Assembly (NCBI RefSeq): GCF_004323735.1
Contig: NZ_CP036455.1
Span: 241,101-305,100, forward strand
Length of the DNA: 64,000 nucleotides
Direction of reading: 5' to 3'
Source: Streptomonospora litoralis
GTDB taxonomy: Bacteria > Actinomycetota > Actinomycetes > Streptosporangiales > Streptosporangiaceae
Under the pieces are notes generated by a model. The model saw only the letters and a program-made list of their open reading frames with translations. It had not been told where the DNA came from and searched no databases. The position numbers and the translations under genes are program-made. Of the stretch, positions 19,177 through 27,397 are shown piece after piece. Each line of letters opens with the position of its first letter. Position 1 is the first letter of the stretch.

Positions 19177-19497
19177 GTGGGCGGCATGAGGCGCACGGCC
19201 GACATCATCGAGAATCCGCGGACCTGGCGCCGGGTACCCGAGTCGGGCGCGGTCTACGGCGTCGGGATCGAAGCGGGCACCGTCCTCCTCGAATGGCGAC
19301 CGGCCGCCGACGACCCGGCCCGCATCGAGGTCTTCGTTCACCGCGCGGTCTACGACCGCAAGCGCGGCTGGTCGCTGACCCTGCCGCGCGCCGATTTCCA
19401 ACTCCGCCTCTTCAACTGCATCCACGACTCGTGGGACCCGTGCATCTATCCCTTCGGGTTCCCCTTCCACGAACGCCCCGAGGACGGTGCCGCATGA
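19177..19497 (+). CDS. Hypothetical protein (106 aa)
   Basis: ORF with ATGA stop/start overlap to the next ORF. Lies in the lower-GC island. No recognisable domain. Confidence 0.4.
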   Translation: MGGMRRTADIIENPRTWRRVPESGAVYGVGIEAGTVLLEWRPAADDPARIEVFVHRAVYDRKRGWSLTLPRADFQLRLFNCIHDSWDPCIYPFGFPFHERPEDGAA

Positions 19498-19703
19498 CCG
19501 CCGAGAAGTGGACCTGCCGCCTCTGCGAGCGGCCCAACCTCGATGAGACCTGCGGCTACTGCGGCTACCCGCTCTCCGAGCAGTGGCGCCTGCCGCCCCT
19601 ACCGCCCCTCCCGTCACCGGCATACAGCCCGCCCGGAACGCGGCGTACCTCCGACGTCCGCGGTTACGTCCTCGCCTCTACGACCGTCCAGGAACTCGAG
19701 TGA
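19494..19703 (+). CDS. Small zinc-ribbon-like protein (69 aa; CxxC...CxxC)
   Basis: MTAEKWTCRLCERPNLDETCGYCGYPLSEQW... followed by a Pro-rich tail. Translationally coupled to the upstream ORF. Confidence 0.4.
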   Translation: MTAEKWTCRLCERPNLDETCGYCGYPLSEQWRLPPLPPLPSPAYSPPGTRRTSDVRGYVLASTTVQELE

Positions 19704-19710
19704 GGAGGCT

Positions 19711-20235
19711 TCAGGCCGGGTGCGGGGCACCGGTCAACGAGGCGTCAACAGCAGCCGCCCGGCGAGCGCGAGTAGCACCGTGCCGGTTAAACACGGCGGC
19801 CTTGGGGTTGGCGAGTTGGACGACCAGACCTTCCGTGAACGCCACGGCGGTCGACCGCCTCCACGTCGGCGCGTCCTTTTCCTCCTCATCCGCGGGGTCG
19901 GCGGACCGCATGCCGCCGTCCCCGCCGGCGGAGAGGCGCCGCTCCTTCAGGACGGTGATCCACGAACGGATTCCCAGGTAGGCGAGGAACGCCGCGCCCA
20001 CGATCTGCAGCACCACATAAGCGGTGCTGGAGGCGGCTACGAGGGCGGCCACTCCGGCGCCGGCGGCTATCGCCCACAGGTAGATGCCGGTCTCAAGGCC
20101 GAGCACCGTCGCCACGCTCGCTCCGAACCCCCGCAGGGCCGCCCGCCGGAAGATCAGCGCCATAGCCGGTCCGGGGGAAGCGGAGATAAGCAGGACGGCG
20201 ACCAGAAACGCCGGGAGCACTTGAATGATCTCCAT
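19711..20235 (-). pseudogene. LysE/RhtB-family translocator, C-terminally truncated or frameshifted
   Basis: The N-terminal 150 aa look LysE-like (...ISASPGPAMALIF..., ...AFTEGLVVQLANPKAAVFN). The remaining about 60 aa (TM4-6) are replaced by RHGATRARRAAAVDAS... before the stop. Confidence 0.5.
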
Positions 20236-20478
20236 TCACTATCTCCCCTGTCGTCCTGTGTGGAAACTCGGATGCCGTCCGATCTTCGGCGGCGCCGCGA
20301 ACACGGACAAGCGCGTGGCCGAATGCGGACAACTCAGACGTAGTGGCTCCCACCGCGAATCGGACGGTTCACAGAGAAGCGAGGCTGAACTGCGCCTCGA
20401 CCGTTCCAGCCGCTTCGTCCGGTGTCCAGCCTGCGACTGCCGGCGTGATCACGAGCCGCGTCTGGAGCGAGCGGCATG

Positions 20479-20913
20479 TCACCGCGCATCCGGAAGCGTG
20501 CCGTAGCTGTTGCGGTAGACCTTGCCCGGCTTGGGCCTGGTGAATTTAAGTCCGGCCCAGACATCGTCCACGCGCAGGCAGACGCTCTCGACCAAACCGT
20601 AGTCGTAGCCGATGCGGATCACCGACTTCATGTTCAGATCGGTGCCGAGCCGACCGCCTTTCGGCCACGACACCCACAGCATCCCGTCGCGGCGCAGATG
20701 ATCCTTGAGGAGGGGGAACCCGCTCATCATGGCGTTCTGAGTCCAGGTGAAAAGGTGCAGATAGTCGAATCCGCCGTTCAGCTCCTCTTCGATCCACAGT
20801 TCGGGGAGACCCATGCGCTTCAGCGTCTCGCGAGGCGCATCGACGAAATGGGCCCGGGACCCGGCTCGTATACCCATCTTCTGGGCTACGGTCTTGCTTG
20901 GCACGTCGCTCAC
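20479..20913 (-). CDS. DUF3052-family protein
   Basis: 144 aa. ...DYLHLFTWTQNAMMSGFPLLKDHLRRDGMLWVSWPKGGRLGTDLNMKSVIRIGYDYGLVESVCLRVDDVWAGLKF. The family recollection is from memory. Confidence 0.6.
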   Translation of the reverse strand: MSDVPSKTVAQKMGIRAGSRAHFVDAPRETLKRMGLPELWIEEELNGGFDYLHLFTWTQNAMMSGFPLLKDHLRRDGMLWVSWPKGGRLGTDLNMKSVIRIGYDYGLVESVCLRVDDVWAGLKFTRPKPGKVYRNSYGTLPDAR

Positions 20914-21154
20914 GGAACCACCCTAGGAAGCCCCCCCGACATTTTACGGTCCCTTCTGTCCGCTCCACGGGATCGTAGGTAAGCACCAGTCCCCGTCCAC
21001 GGCACGCGGCGACCTGCGCGCCCGGCCGGCGGTGGACGTCGGCCTCCTCGAAAGGGACACCCGGCCGGACCTGGTCGACTCGGGTGTGCGGTCTCCGGGC
21101 CCCGCCCGCGCATGGCTTGGCGCGCCGACGGCGCCCTCGGATCCGGCCCGGTCA

Positions 21155-21219
21155 GCATCCATTGCGCGGAAATCACCACGTCCAAGGCCGATCCTTGGTG
21201 ATTTCCGCGCAATGGATGC
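21155..21219. repeat. Near-perfect 24-bp-stem inverted repeat (palindrome) in a divergent intergenic region
   Basis: gCATCCATTGCGCGGAAATCACCA cgtccaaggccgatcct TGGTGATTTCCGCGCAATGGATGc. A related half-site GTGATTTCCGCGCgTTGGAcG recurs at 23570-23590. Confidence 0.7.
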
Positions 21220-21522
21220 CGCAAGACCCGACATAAAGGACACCCGGGCGCCCCATCATCGCCGAGACTGTCTGTGGGACCGGTTTCGGCGGCGAAACCG
21301 TCTCTGGAGCCGTTCTCGGCGCCGTCAGTCGCGCCGCCGGCGGGCACCCTGCCCGATACGCGCGGGCCCGGCCATCCGGCGCCGTGGCTGCCGCTTTTCC
21401 TCCGGACCACCCGCCGCCTGGCAGCCCACAAGGCCGCCCAGTGGGCCCGAGGTCCACGAGTTCCGAGAGCTGTACGATTCGACTGCCCCCGGCTCCAGCG
21501 CTCCCTCAGAGAAGTCCCCGTG

Positions 21523-22224
21523 ATGGACTACTACCCGCATCCCTTCGTCTTGCTCGCCGCGAGCCTGCTCGCCCTGGCCGCAACGTTTCTCGCACCGCGC
21601 ATCAGGTACCGGCTCCGGGGTCGGCGATTCGCCGCCTGGGCGCAGCGGCACGGTTGGCGCTACACCGAGCGATCCTCAGGGCTGCTCGGCACGCTGTTCC
21701 CGGCGTTGCCCCCGGGCATGGCCGAGCACCACCGCCTGCTGCACGTCCTGACGGGCACCCACCGGAGCCGCTCGGTGGTCGCCTGCGACCACCTCGAACC
21801 CAATCTGATGACCGCACCCGGCAACACCGAGCGGAAGCACCTCGGGCGGGTCGTTGCGGTAGCGATCCAGGACTCCACCCCGCTATTGGACATCCGGGAC
21901 CGGAACGAGCCCTACCGCTCCGCACCGCCCGACACCGTCGGCCTCGACGAGATCAGCACGGGCGACCGGCGGTTCGACGGAGCCTTCCGGGTGTCCACCT
22001 CCGACGCAGTCTTCGCCCGCGCCGTGCTGACGCCGGAAATGACAGCCCGCCTGCTCACCCGTTCCGCAGTTCGCCTGGTCCCGCTGCGGTTCACCGGCGA
22101 CCACCTCATGTCCGTCCAGCCCCGGCGACTCGCCCCCGACCGGGTCCGCTCGATCGCGGACGATCTGATCGACATCCTGGAGGCAGTTCCCGGATCGGCG
22201 TGGGAGGTGGCCCCGCGCACCTGA
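21523..22224 (+). CDS. Hypothetical membrane protein
   Basis: MDYYPHPFVLLAASLLALAATFLAPRIRYRL.... One N-terminal TM helix. ORF 21274..22224 was trimmed to the first ATG after the long upstream extension. Confidence 0.45.
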   Translation: MDYYPHPFVLLAASLLALAATFLAPRIRYRLRGRRFAAWAQRHGWRYTERSSGLLGTLFPALPPGMAEHHRLLHVLTGTHRSRSVVACDHLEPNLMTAPGNTERKHLGRVVAVAIQDSTPLLDIRDRNEPYRSAPPDTVGLDEISTGDRRFDGAFRVSTSDAVFARAVLTPEMTARLLTRSAVRLVPLRFTGDHLMSVQPRRLAPDRVRSIADDLIDILEAVPGSAWEVAPRT

Positions 22225-22340
22225 TGCGTCCGGCGCTGTAGGTGAGTCGCTCGGTGCAATCGGGGGCTCGGGCAAGTGTGGTCGTTCCGGGACTGCGGAT
22301 GCGATCCTCCGCAGGCACACCATCGGCAGGAAGGCGCGGC

Positions 22341-22823
22341 ATGACGCGAATCGGGACGACCGGCCACTCGAACCTCTCCGCGGACAGCGTGCCGCCGATC
22401 CGGGCCGCGCTGGCCGACGTGCTCGCGCCCTACGCCGACGGCGACCTGGTCGGAGTCTCCTGCCTGGCGCGCGGCGCCGATCAGATCTTCGCCGAGGTGG
22501 TGCTGGAGGCGGGCGGGCTGCTGGAGGTGGTTCTCCCCTCGGTCGACTACCGCGAGGCCAAGGTCACGCCCGACAACCTCGCGCGCTTCGACGACCTGCT
22601 GATGCGCGCGGCCGCGGTGCGCTACATGCCGCACCGCACCGCCGGGCGTGAAGCCTACGAAGACGCGAACGAGGCGGTTCTGGGCGGCATCGACCGCCTC
22701 GTCGCCGTCTGGGACGGCCACCCTTCGGGTGGCAAGGGCGGCACCGGAGACGCCGTGGATGCTGCCCGGAACCGCGGTGTCCCGGTCGACGTCGTCTGGC
22801 CGGTCGGTGCCCGCCGGGAGTGA
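22341..22823 (+). CDS. Rossmann-like SLOG/LOG-DprA-superfamily protein (predicted nucleotide-binding). Assignment is tentative
   Basis: MTRIGTTGHSNL...LVGVSCLARGADQIFAEVVLEAGGLLEVVLP...LVAVWDGHPSGGKGGTGDAVDAARNRGVPVDVVWP. GGAAGG RBS 6 nt upstream of the ATG at 22341. Stop overlaps the next start (GTGA). Confidence 0.5.
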   Translation: MTRIGTTGHSNLSADSVPPIRAALADVLAPYADGDLVGVSCLARGADQIFAEVVLEAGGLLEVVLPSVDYREAKVTPDNLARFDDLLMRAAAVRYMPHRTAGREAYEDANEAVLGGIDRLVAVWDGHPSGGKGGTGDAVDAARNRGVPVDVVWPVGARRE

Positions 22824-23266
22824 GGGCCGACGTGGGCGAGTGCGGCGGGCAGACCGCCGAGCACTGCCCCGACTGGGGATACCCGTGCAAGCACGCCGCG
22901 GCGGTGCTGTACACCCTGGCGGACAGATTGGACCGGGACCCGTTCCTGCTGCTGGCCTGGCTGGGGCGCGACCGGGAGACGCTCCTGGAGTCGGTCCGCG
23001 CGGATGCCGAGGGTGGCGGTGATGACGTCGGTGACGGTGAGCAGGTCTCGGGGAGCGGGCTGAACGTGCGCGCCCGGCCGCTCGCCGAGTGCGTGGACGA
23101 CTTCTACGCGGCCGCGGACCCGGCGCGCCTGCCCGTGCCCAGCCGCAGCCTGGACCCGGTCTCCCACGCCGACACCGACATCCCCGGACTGGTCGCCGCG
23201 CTGACGCCGATGTACGAGCTGCTGGAGGCGGGGGGACCGGGCGCGTCGGAACGCGGCGACGCCTAA
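22820..23266 (+). CDS. SWIM-type zinc-finger protein
   Basis: CGGQTAEHCPDWGYPCKHAAAVLYTLA matches the SWIM CxCx(n)CxH pattern (...CPDW..PCKHaaAVL). GTG start overlapping the upstream stop. Confidence 0.65.
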   Translation: MRADVGECGGQTAEHCPDWGYPCKHAAAVLYTLADRLDRDPFLLLAWLGRDRETLLESVRADAEGGGDDVGDGEQVSGSGLNVRARPLAECVDDFYAAADPARLPVPSRSLDPVSHADTDIPGLVAALTPMYELLEAGGPGASERGDA

Positions 23267-23286
23267 GCCAACGCCTAAGCCCGTGT

Positions 23287-23420
23287 TGAGAACGCCGATT
23301 CGCTGGGCGGCCTTGTTGGTCTGCCGGGTGGCGGGTGGTCTTCATGGGAGGCGGCGAGGGCGGCGGGGGGCTGGGCCCTGCGGTTGTCTGGTCGGGTGCC
23401 CGCCGGTGGCGGCGGCCGAC
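23287..23420 (+). repeat. GC-rich interspersed repeat, copy 1 (motif A GGCCTTGtTGGTCTGCCGGGTgGCGGGTGGTC, then motif B GGGCCCTGCGGTTgtCtGGTCGGGTGCCCGCCGGTG)
   Basis: About 88% identical to the minus-strand copy at 52420-52532. Further partial copies lie at 52019-52135 and 52632-52745. Confidence 0.7.
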
Positions 23421-23617
23421 GAAGGGAAGTACGGGGTGCTGGTCGCGGGCGGTGGCGCGTGCGAGGACGACCCGGCGCCGATATGTCCGATCTGCCGGGA
23501 CGGCGATGATCTGGCTCCGGTGGCGCTCACCGAGCGCGAGGATTTCGCCAGAGAACGGCCGCGGGTTCAGTGATTTCCGCGCGTTGGACGAGCCCAGCCG
23601 CATACCCGGCTACCCGG

Positions 23618-24661
23618 TTACGCCAGGTCGGACATGTCTAGGACGAAGCGGTACCGGACGTCGTTGCGCCCGAGCCGTTCCAGGACCTCGTTCACTCGCG
23701 CGGAAGGGACGAGTTCGATGTCGGCGGTGACGCCGTGCTCGGCGCAGAAGTCGAGCATCGAAGCCGTCGCCGGCCGGCCGCCGCTCCCCGCTGAGCTGAG
23801 CTTCTTGCGCCCCTGGAGCAGGTCCATGGTCGCCACGTCCACCTCGCCCAGGTACCCGAGGTGGCTGAGGGTTCCGTCCAGGGCGACGAGCCGCAGGTAG
23901 GGGGAGAGGTCGTGTGGGGCTGCGATGGTGTCGATTACGACGTCGAACCGGTCGCGTGCGGCGGCCATCTGCTCCTCGCAAGTGGACACGAGGAGTTCAT
24001 GCGCGCCGAGTCGGCGGGCGTCGTCGGCCTTTTCCGCCGATCGGCTGACGACGGTCGTCTCGGCGCCGAGGGCGACGGCGAGTTTGACCGCGAGATGCCC
24101 GAGACCGCCGAGTCCGGCTACGGCCACCCGGGTTCCGGGACCGACCCCGAGGGCCTGTAGCGGCTCCCACACGGTGATTCCGGCGCACAGCAGGGGAGCC
24201 GCGGCCGCGGGGTCGAGGTCGCGGGGCAGCGGGTAGGCGAACCGCTCACGAACGACGTACTCGCGCGAGTAAGCGCCCAGCGTGGTCGAGCCGTCGTATC
24301 GGTCGGTGCCGCCGTAGGTCAGGGTCGGGAACTCGTAGCAGAAGTTCTCCTGGCCCTGTCGGCACATGGCGCACACGCCGCACGAGTCGACGATGTTGCC
24401 GACCGCGACCGGGTCGCCCGGAGCCAACTCCGTGACCTCGCGCCCGACGTCGGTCACCGTCCCCGTGAACTCGTGGCCCGGCACCACCGGCGCGGCGCCC
24501 GCCTCGGGCTGGGCGTGCAGCGAGTGCAGATCGGTGTGGCAGACGCCGCAGTAGTCCACCCGCACCGCGAGGTCGTCGGCGCGCAACTCCCGGCGCTCCA
24601 ACGGCGCCCGCCGCAGCGCGTCCCCGGCACCGTCCGCCTGCCATCCCATCGTGGTTCTCAT
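23618..24661 (-). CDS. Zinc-dependent NAD(P)-alcohol dehydrogenase (cinnamyl-alcohol-dehydrogenase family)
   Basis: 347 aa. CGVCHTDLH, GHEFTG, and the structural-Zn cluster CGVCAMCRQGQENFC. Cofactor-binding motif VAGLGGLGHLAV. Confidence 0.85.
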   Translation of the reverse strand: MRTTMGWQADGAGDALRRAPLERRELRADDLAVRVDYCGVCHTDLHSLHAQPEAGAAPVVPGHEFTGTVTDVGREVTELAPGDPVAVGNIVDSCGVCAMCRQGQENFCYEFPTLTYGGTDRYDGSTTLGAYSREYVVRERFAYPLPRDLDPAAAAPLLCAGITVWEPLQALGVGPGTRVAVAGLGGLGHLAVKLAVALGAETTVVSRSAEKADDARRLGAHELLVSTCEEQMAAARDRFDVVIDTIAAPHDLSPYLRLVALDGTLSHLGYLGEVDVATMDLLQGRKKLSSAGSGGRPATASMLDFCAEHGVTADIELVPSARVNEVLERLGRNDVRYRFVLDMSDLA

Positions 24662-24676
24662 ACCGACCTCTAAATA

Positions 24677-24742
24677 AACAGACTGTTCGGTCTATTCAAA
24701 GCTAGCCCAAGGCGAGAGGCTGAGCAAACAGACTGGTCTGTT
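24677..24742. promoter_or_regulatory. Two TetR-type operator palindromes in the ADH-tetR divergent intergenic region
   Basis: AACAGACtgttcgGTCTaTT (24677-24696) and AACAGACtgGTCTGTT (24727-24742). Both begin AAACAGACTG. Confidence 0.55.
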
Positions 24743-24757
24743 GTTACCCTGGGAGGC

Positions 24758-25345
24758 ATGCCGGACAAGCCCCTGACCTCGCGCGGCGTCGCGACGAAGC
24801 AGCGCATCATGGAGGTCGCGACCCGGGAGTTCGCCGCGCACGGGATCGCCGGCGCCCGCATCGAGCGCATCGTGGCCGCCGCCCGCACCAACAAGGCCCA
24901 GCTCTACGCCTACTTCGGTAGCAAGGAAGGCCTGTTCGACGCCATCTTCTTCGGCTCGCCGGATCGGATCATGGACGTCGTGCCGATCGACGCGGCCGAC
25001 CTGGCGGACTGGGCCGTACGGCTCTACGACGAATATCTCCGGCGTCCGGATCTCATCCGGCTGGCCACCTGGTCACGCCTGGAACGGCGTCCGACCGGTC
25101 ACCTGGTCGACGACGCCGATCGGGTCGACGCGCAGAAACTCCGCGCGATCGCCGACGCGCAAGCCGCGGGCACCGTCCGCTCCGGCGATCCGTTCGATCT
25201 GATGGCGATGGTCATCGCGATGTCGATGGCGTGGTCACCGGTCAGCAACGTCTATGCCGCCGACCACGAGGAACCCGCCGAAGCACACGAGCGGCGCCGC
25301 GCGCTGCTACGCGAGAGCGTGCAGCGCGTCGTCGCGCCGGTGTAG
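24758..25345 (+). CDS. TetR-family transcriptional regulator
   Basis: N-terminal HTH ...TKQRIMEVATREFAAHGIAGARIERIVAAARTNKAQLYAYFGSKEGLF. GGGAGG RBS. Confidence 0.85.
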   Translation: MPDKPLTSRGVATKQRIMEVATREFAAHGIAGARIERIVAAARTNKAQLYAYFGSKEGLFDAIFFGSPDRIMDVVPIDAADLADWAVRLYDEYLRRPDLIRLATWSRLERRPTGHLVDDADRVDAQKLRAIADAQAAGTVRSGDPFDLMAMVIAMSMAWSPVSNVYAADHEEPAEAHERRRALLRESVQRVVAPV

Positions 25346-25602
25346 CCGGTCGGCGCCGCGCTGCACCCGTCTGCGCGCAGGGACCGGGCGGGGCGCGAAG
25401 AGACCTGGGAGACCGCCCGCGATCGAGGCGGGGACGGCGGCGATGGCGGTTCGGCGTGAGAAAAACGCGACCGATCGGGGAACCGATCGCGTGAATGCGG
25501 CGTCTGATAAGGCAGAGGCTCCGCACAACGGATGAGGGATCGCGGAGCCTCGGCGGGCCGATTCGATCCGGCCGGGATCGAATGCCGCAGACGCCGGCGG
25601 CC

Positions 25603-25980
25603 TCAGGCGGCCGACAGCGACGGCGCGTGGTGGCGGCCGCGTTGGAAGGGGCTGGTGAGAGGGAAGGAAAGAGCGCTCAGCATCGCCGCCGCACCCGCGG
25701 GATCGTTGGCCGGGTGGGTGACGGTGCTGCCGACGAGGTCGTTCCAGAAGAACTTCCCGTCCTGGCACCAGACGTTGATGCCGCGCATGACCGAGATGAC
25801 GGCGAGCTCGGAGGTGCCGGCCCGGTACATCGGGCGGGCGGCGAGCGCAACGAGTTCGTCCCACAGTGCGGTGACGGCTCGCTCGGCGCAGAACGCGTGC
25901 CGAGGTCTGTGCTTCACTCGGTTCGCCAGGGCCGCTTTCATACGGTTGGCGCGCGGGTTGTTCAACCGCCAGTGACTCAC
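25603..25980 (-). CDS. Hypothetical protein (125 aa) in a low-GC, sparsely coding segment
   Basis: GTG start with a GGAGA RBS 5 nt upstream. The codon third positions are GC-rich, unlike the surrounding DNA. No domain recognised. Confidence 0.45.
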   Translation of the reverse strand: MSHWRLNNPRANRMKAALANRVKHRPRHAFCAERAVTALWDELVALAARPMYRAGTSELAVISVMRGINVWCQDGKFFWNDLVGSTVTHPANDPAGAAAMLSALSFPLTSPFQRGRHHAPSLSAA

Positions 25981-26752
25981 TTCGTCTCCTGATCAGTCCG
26001 GTTGCCGCAGTGGAGAGCCGCTCTGGGAGCGGGCACACTGCCGCAGGCAGAGCATGGGCTCGTCAGTCGAGGACCCACGATCTTTGCAAAGTTGGTAGGC
26101 CGCGAACGCTGTCGTTACCTCCTGGTTATTCTTTGCGCTCCGGATAGTAGCAGGAATCGCCCCCTAGGGGTCGACCCTCAAAAATGTGGCCCATGTCACC
26201 GGTGGAGACTGGGTGACATCGGGGTGTACGAAACGTTTTCCCAGTTCAGAAGCTACTTCTGAGGCGGCTCGTGGCCGAAACAGGCCAGTGTTCGAATTCG
26301 CCGTCCCCTCCGGGAAGCCGGGTTCGTCACGCCGTGCCACCGGATGGAGGCACCTGTGTTTTCGCAGCTCATGGTGCGAATGAGAAATGTGGCGGGGGAT
26401 AGATCATCTTTTGGGGGCGGGCAAACCTGTCGGAGTGCACAAATCTGCCGAAGGTCGCCCTGATGCGGCGCCTTCCGTCGTTTCGGTCGACTCGGCGCGT
26501 CTGATTGACAGCAGAGGGTGACAACGGTGACCGGGCGAGTCGCCTCTGCCGCAACTGCGTGTTTGGGCTCGGGGTGGCAATGCGATGGCTTGCTCTTTGC
26601 TCTCCTCGCGTCTCAGGAGTCTCGCCGCTCCGGCTCGCCACGTCGTGCTTCGGAGGACACCGGGACGTGCTGTGCGACACGGCGCGGCGTGGCGGGTTAC
26701 ACCTTTTCCCCACGCGCACGCGCGCGAGGATCGCGGCTAGCATAGATACAAG

Positions 26753-27397
26753 ATGCATACCAAGATCTCGGCGACCGACCGCGCCTACCGCTACGCCAAA
26801 GACGCGATCCTCGACCGCCGCTACGCCGGCGGCGACCTCATCAGCGAGGGGGACATCGCGACGGGTGTCGGCGTCTCCCGCACGCCCGTGCGCGAGGCGC
26901 TGCTGCGGCTGGAGGCCGAAGGGCTGGTCCGCCTGTACCCCAAACGGGGCGCGCTGGTGGTGCCCGTCTCCCAGGGCGAGATCGACGACGTCATCGAGAC
27001 GCGTCGCCTGGTGGAGGTGCACACGGCACTCAAGGCGGCAGGTGCCGAGCACGAAGTGCGCGAGGCGCTGGCGCGCCGGCTCGCCGGGCTGCTCGACCGC
27101 ATGCGCACCGAGGTCGAGGGAGACCGCCAGGCGTTCGTCCTGGCCGACCGCGAATTCCACCGCGAGATCGTCGCCGGGAGCGGCAACGACATCCTGACCG
27201 GACTGTACGACTCGCTGCGCGATCGGCAGTTGCGCATGATGGAGGAGGGGATCCGCACCGTGTCTCGGATGCGCAGGAACATCGAGGAGCACGACGCCAT
27301 CCTCGACGCGATCCGGTCGGGCGACCCGGATTCCGCCGGCCGCGCTGTCCAGGCCCACATGGACTCAGCTGCGCAGCTGTTGGGGGCCCGGACGTGA
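26753..27397 (+). CDS. GntR-family transcriptional regulator (FadR/FCD subfamily)
   Basis: ...GDIATGVGVSRTPVREALLRLEAEGLV... wHTH, then an FCD-like helical domain with conserved His residues. Confidence 0.85.
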   Translation: MHTKISATDRAYRYAKDAILDRRYAGGDLISEGDIATGVGVSRTPVREALLRLEAEGLVRLYPKRGALVVPVSQGEIDDVIETRRLVEVHTALKAAGAEHEVREALARRLAGLLDRMRTEVEGDRQAFVLADREFHREIVAGSGNDILTGLYDSLRDRQLRMMEEGIRTVSRMRRNIEEHDAILDAIRSGDPDSAGRAVQAHMDSAAQLLGART

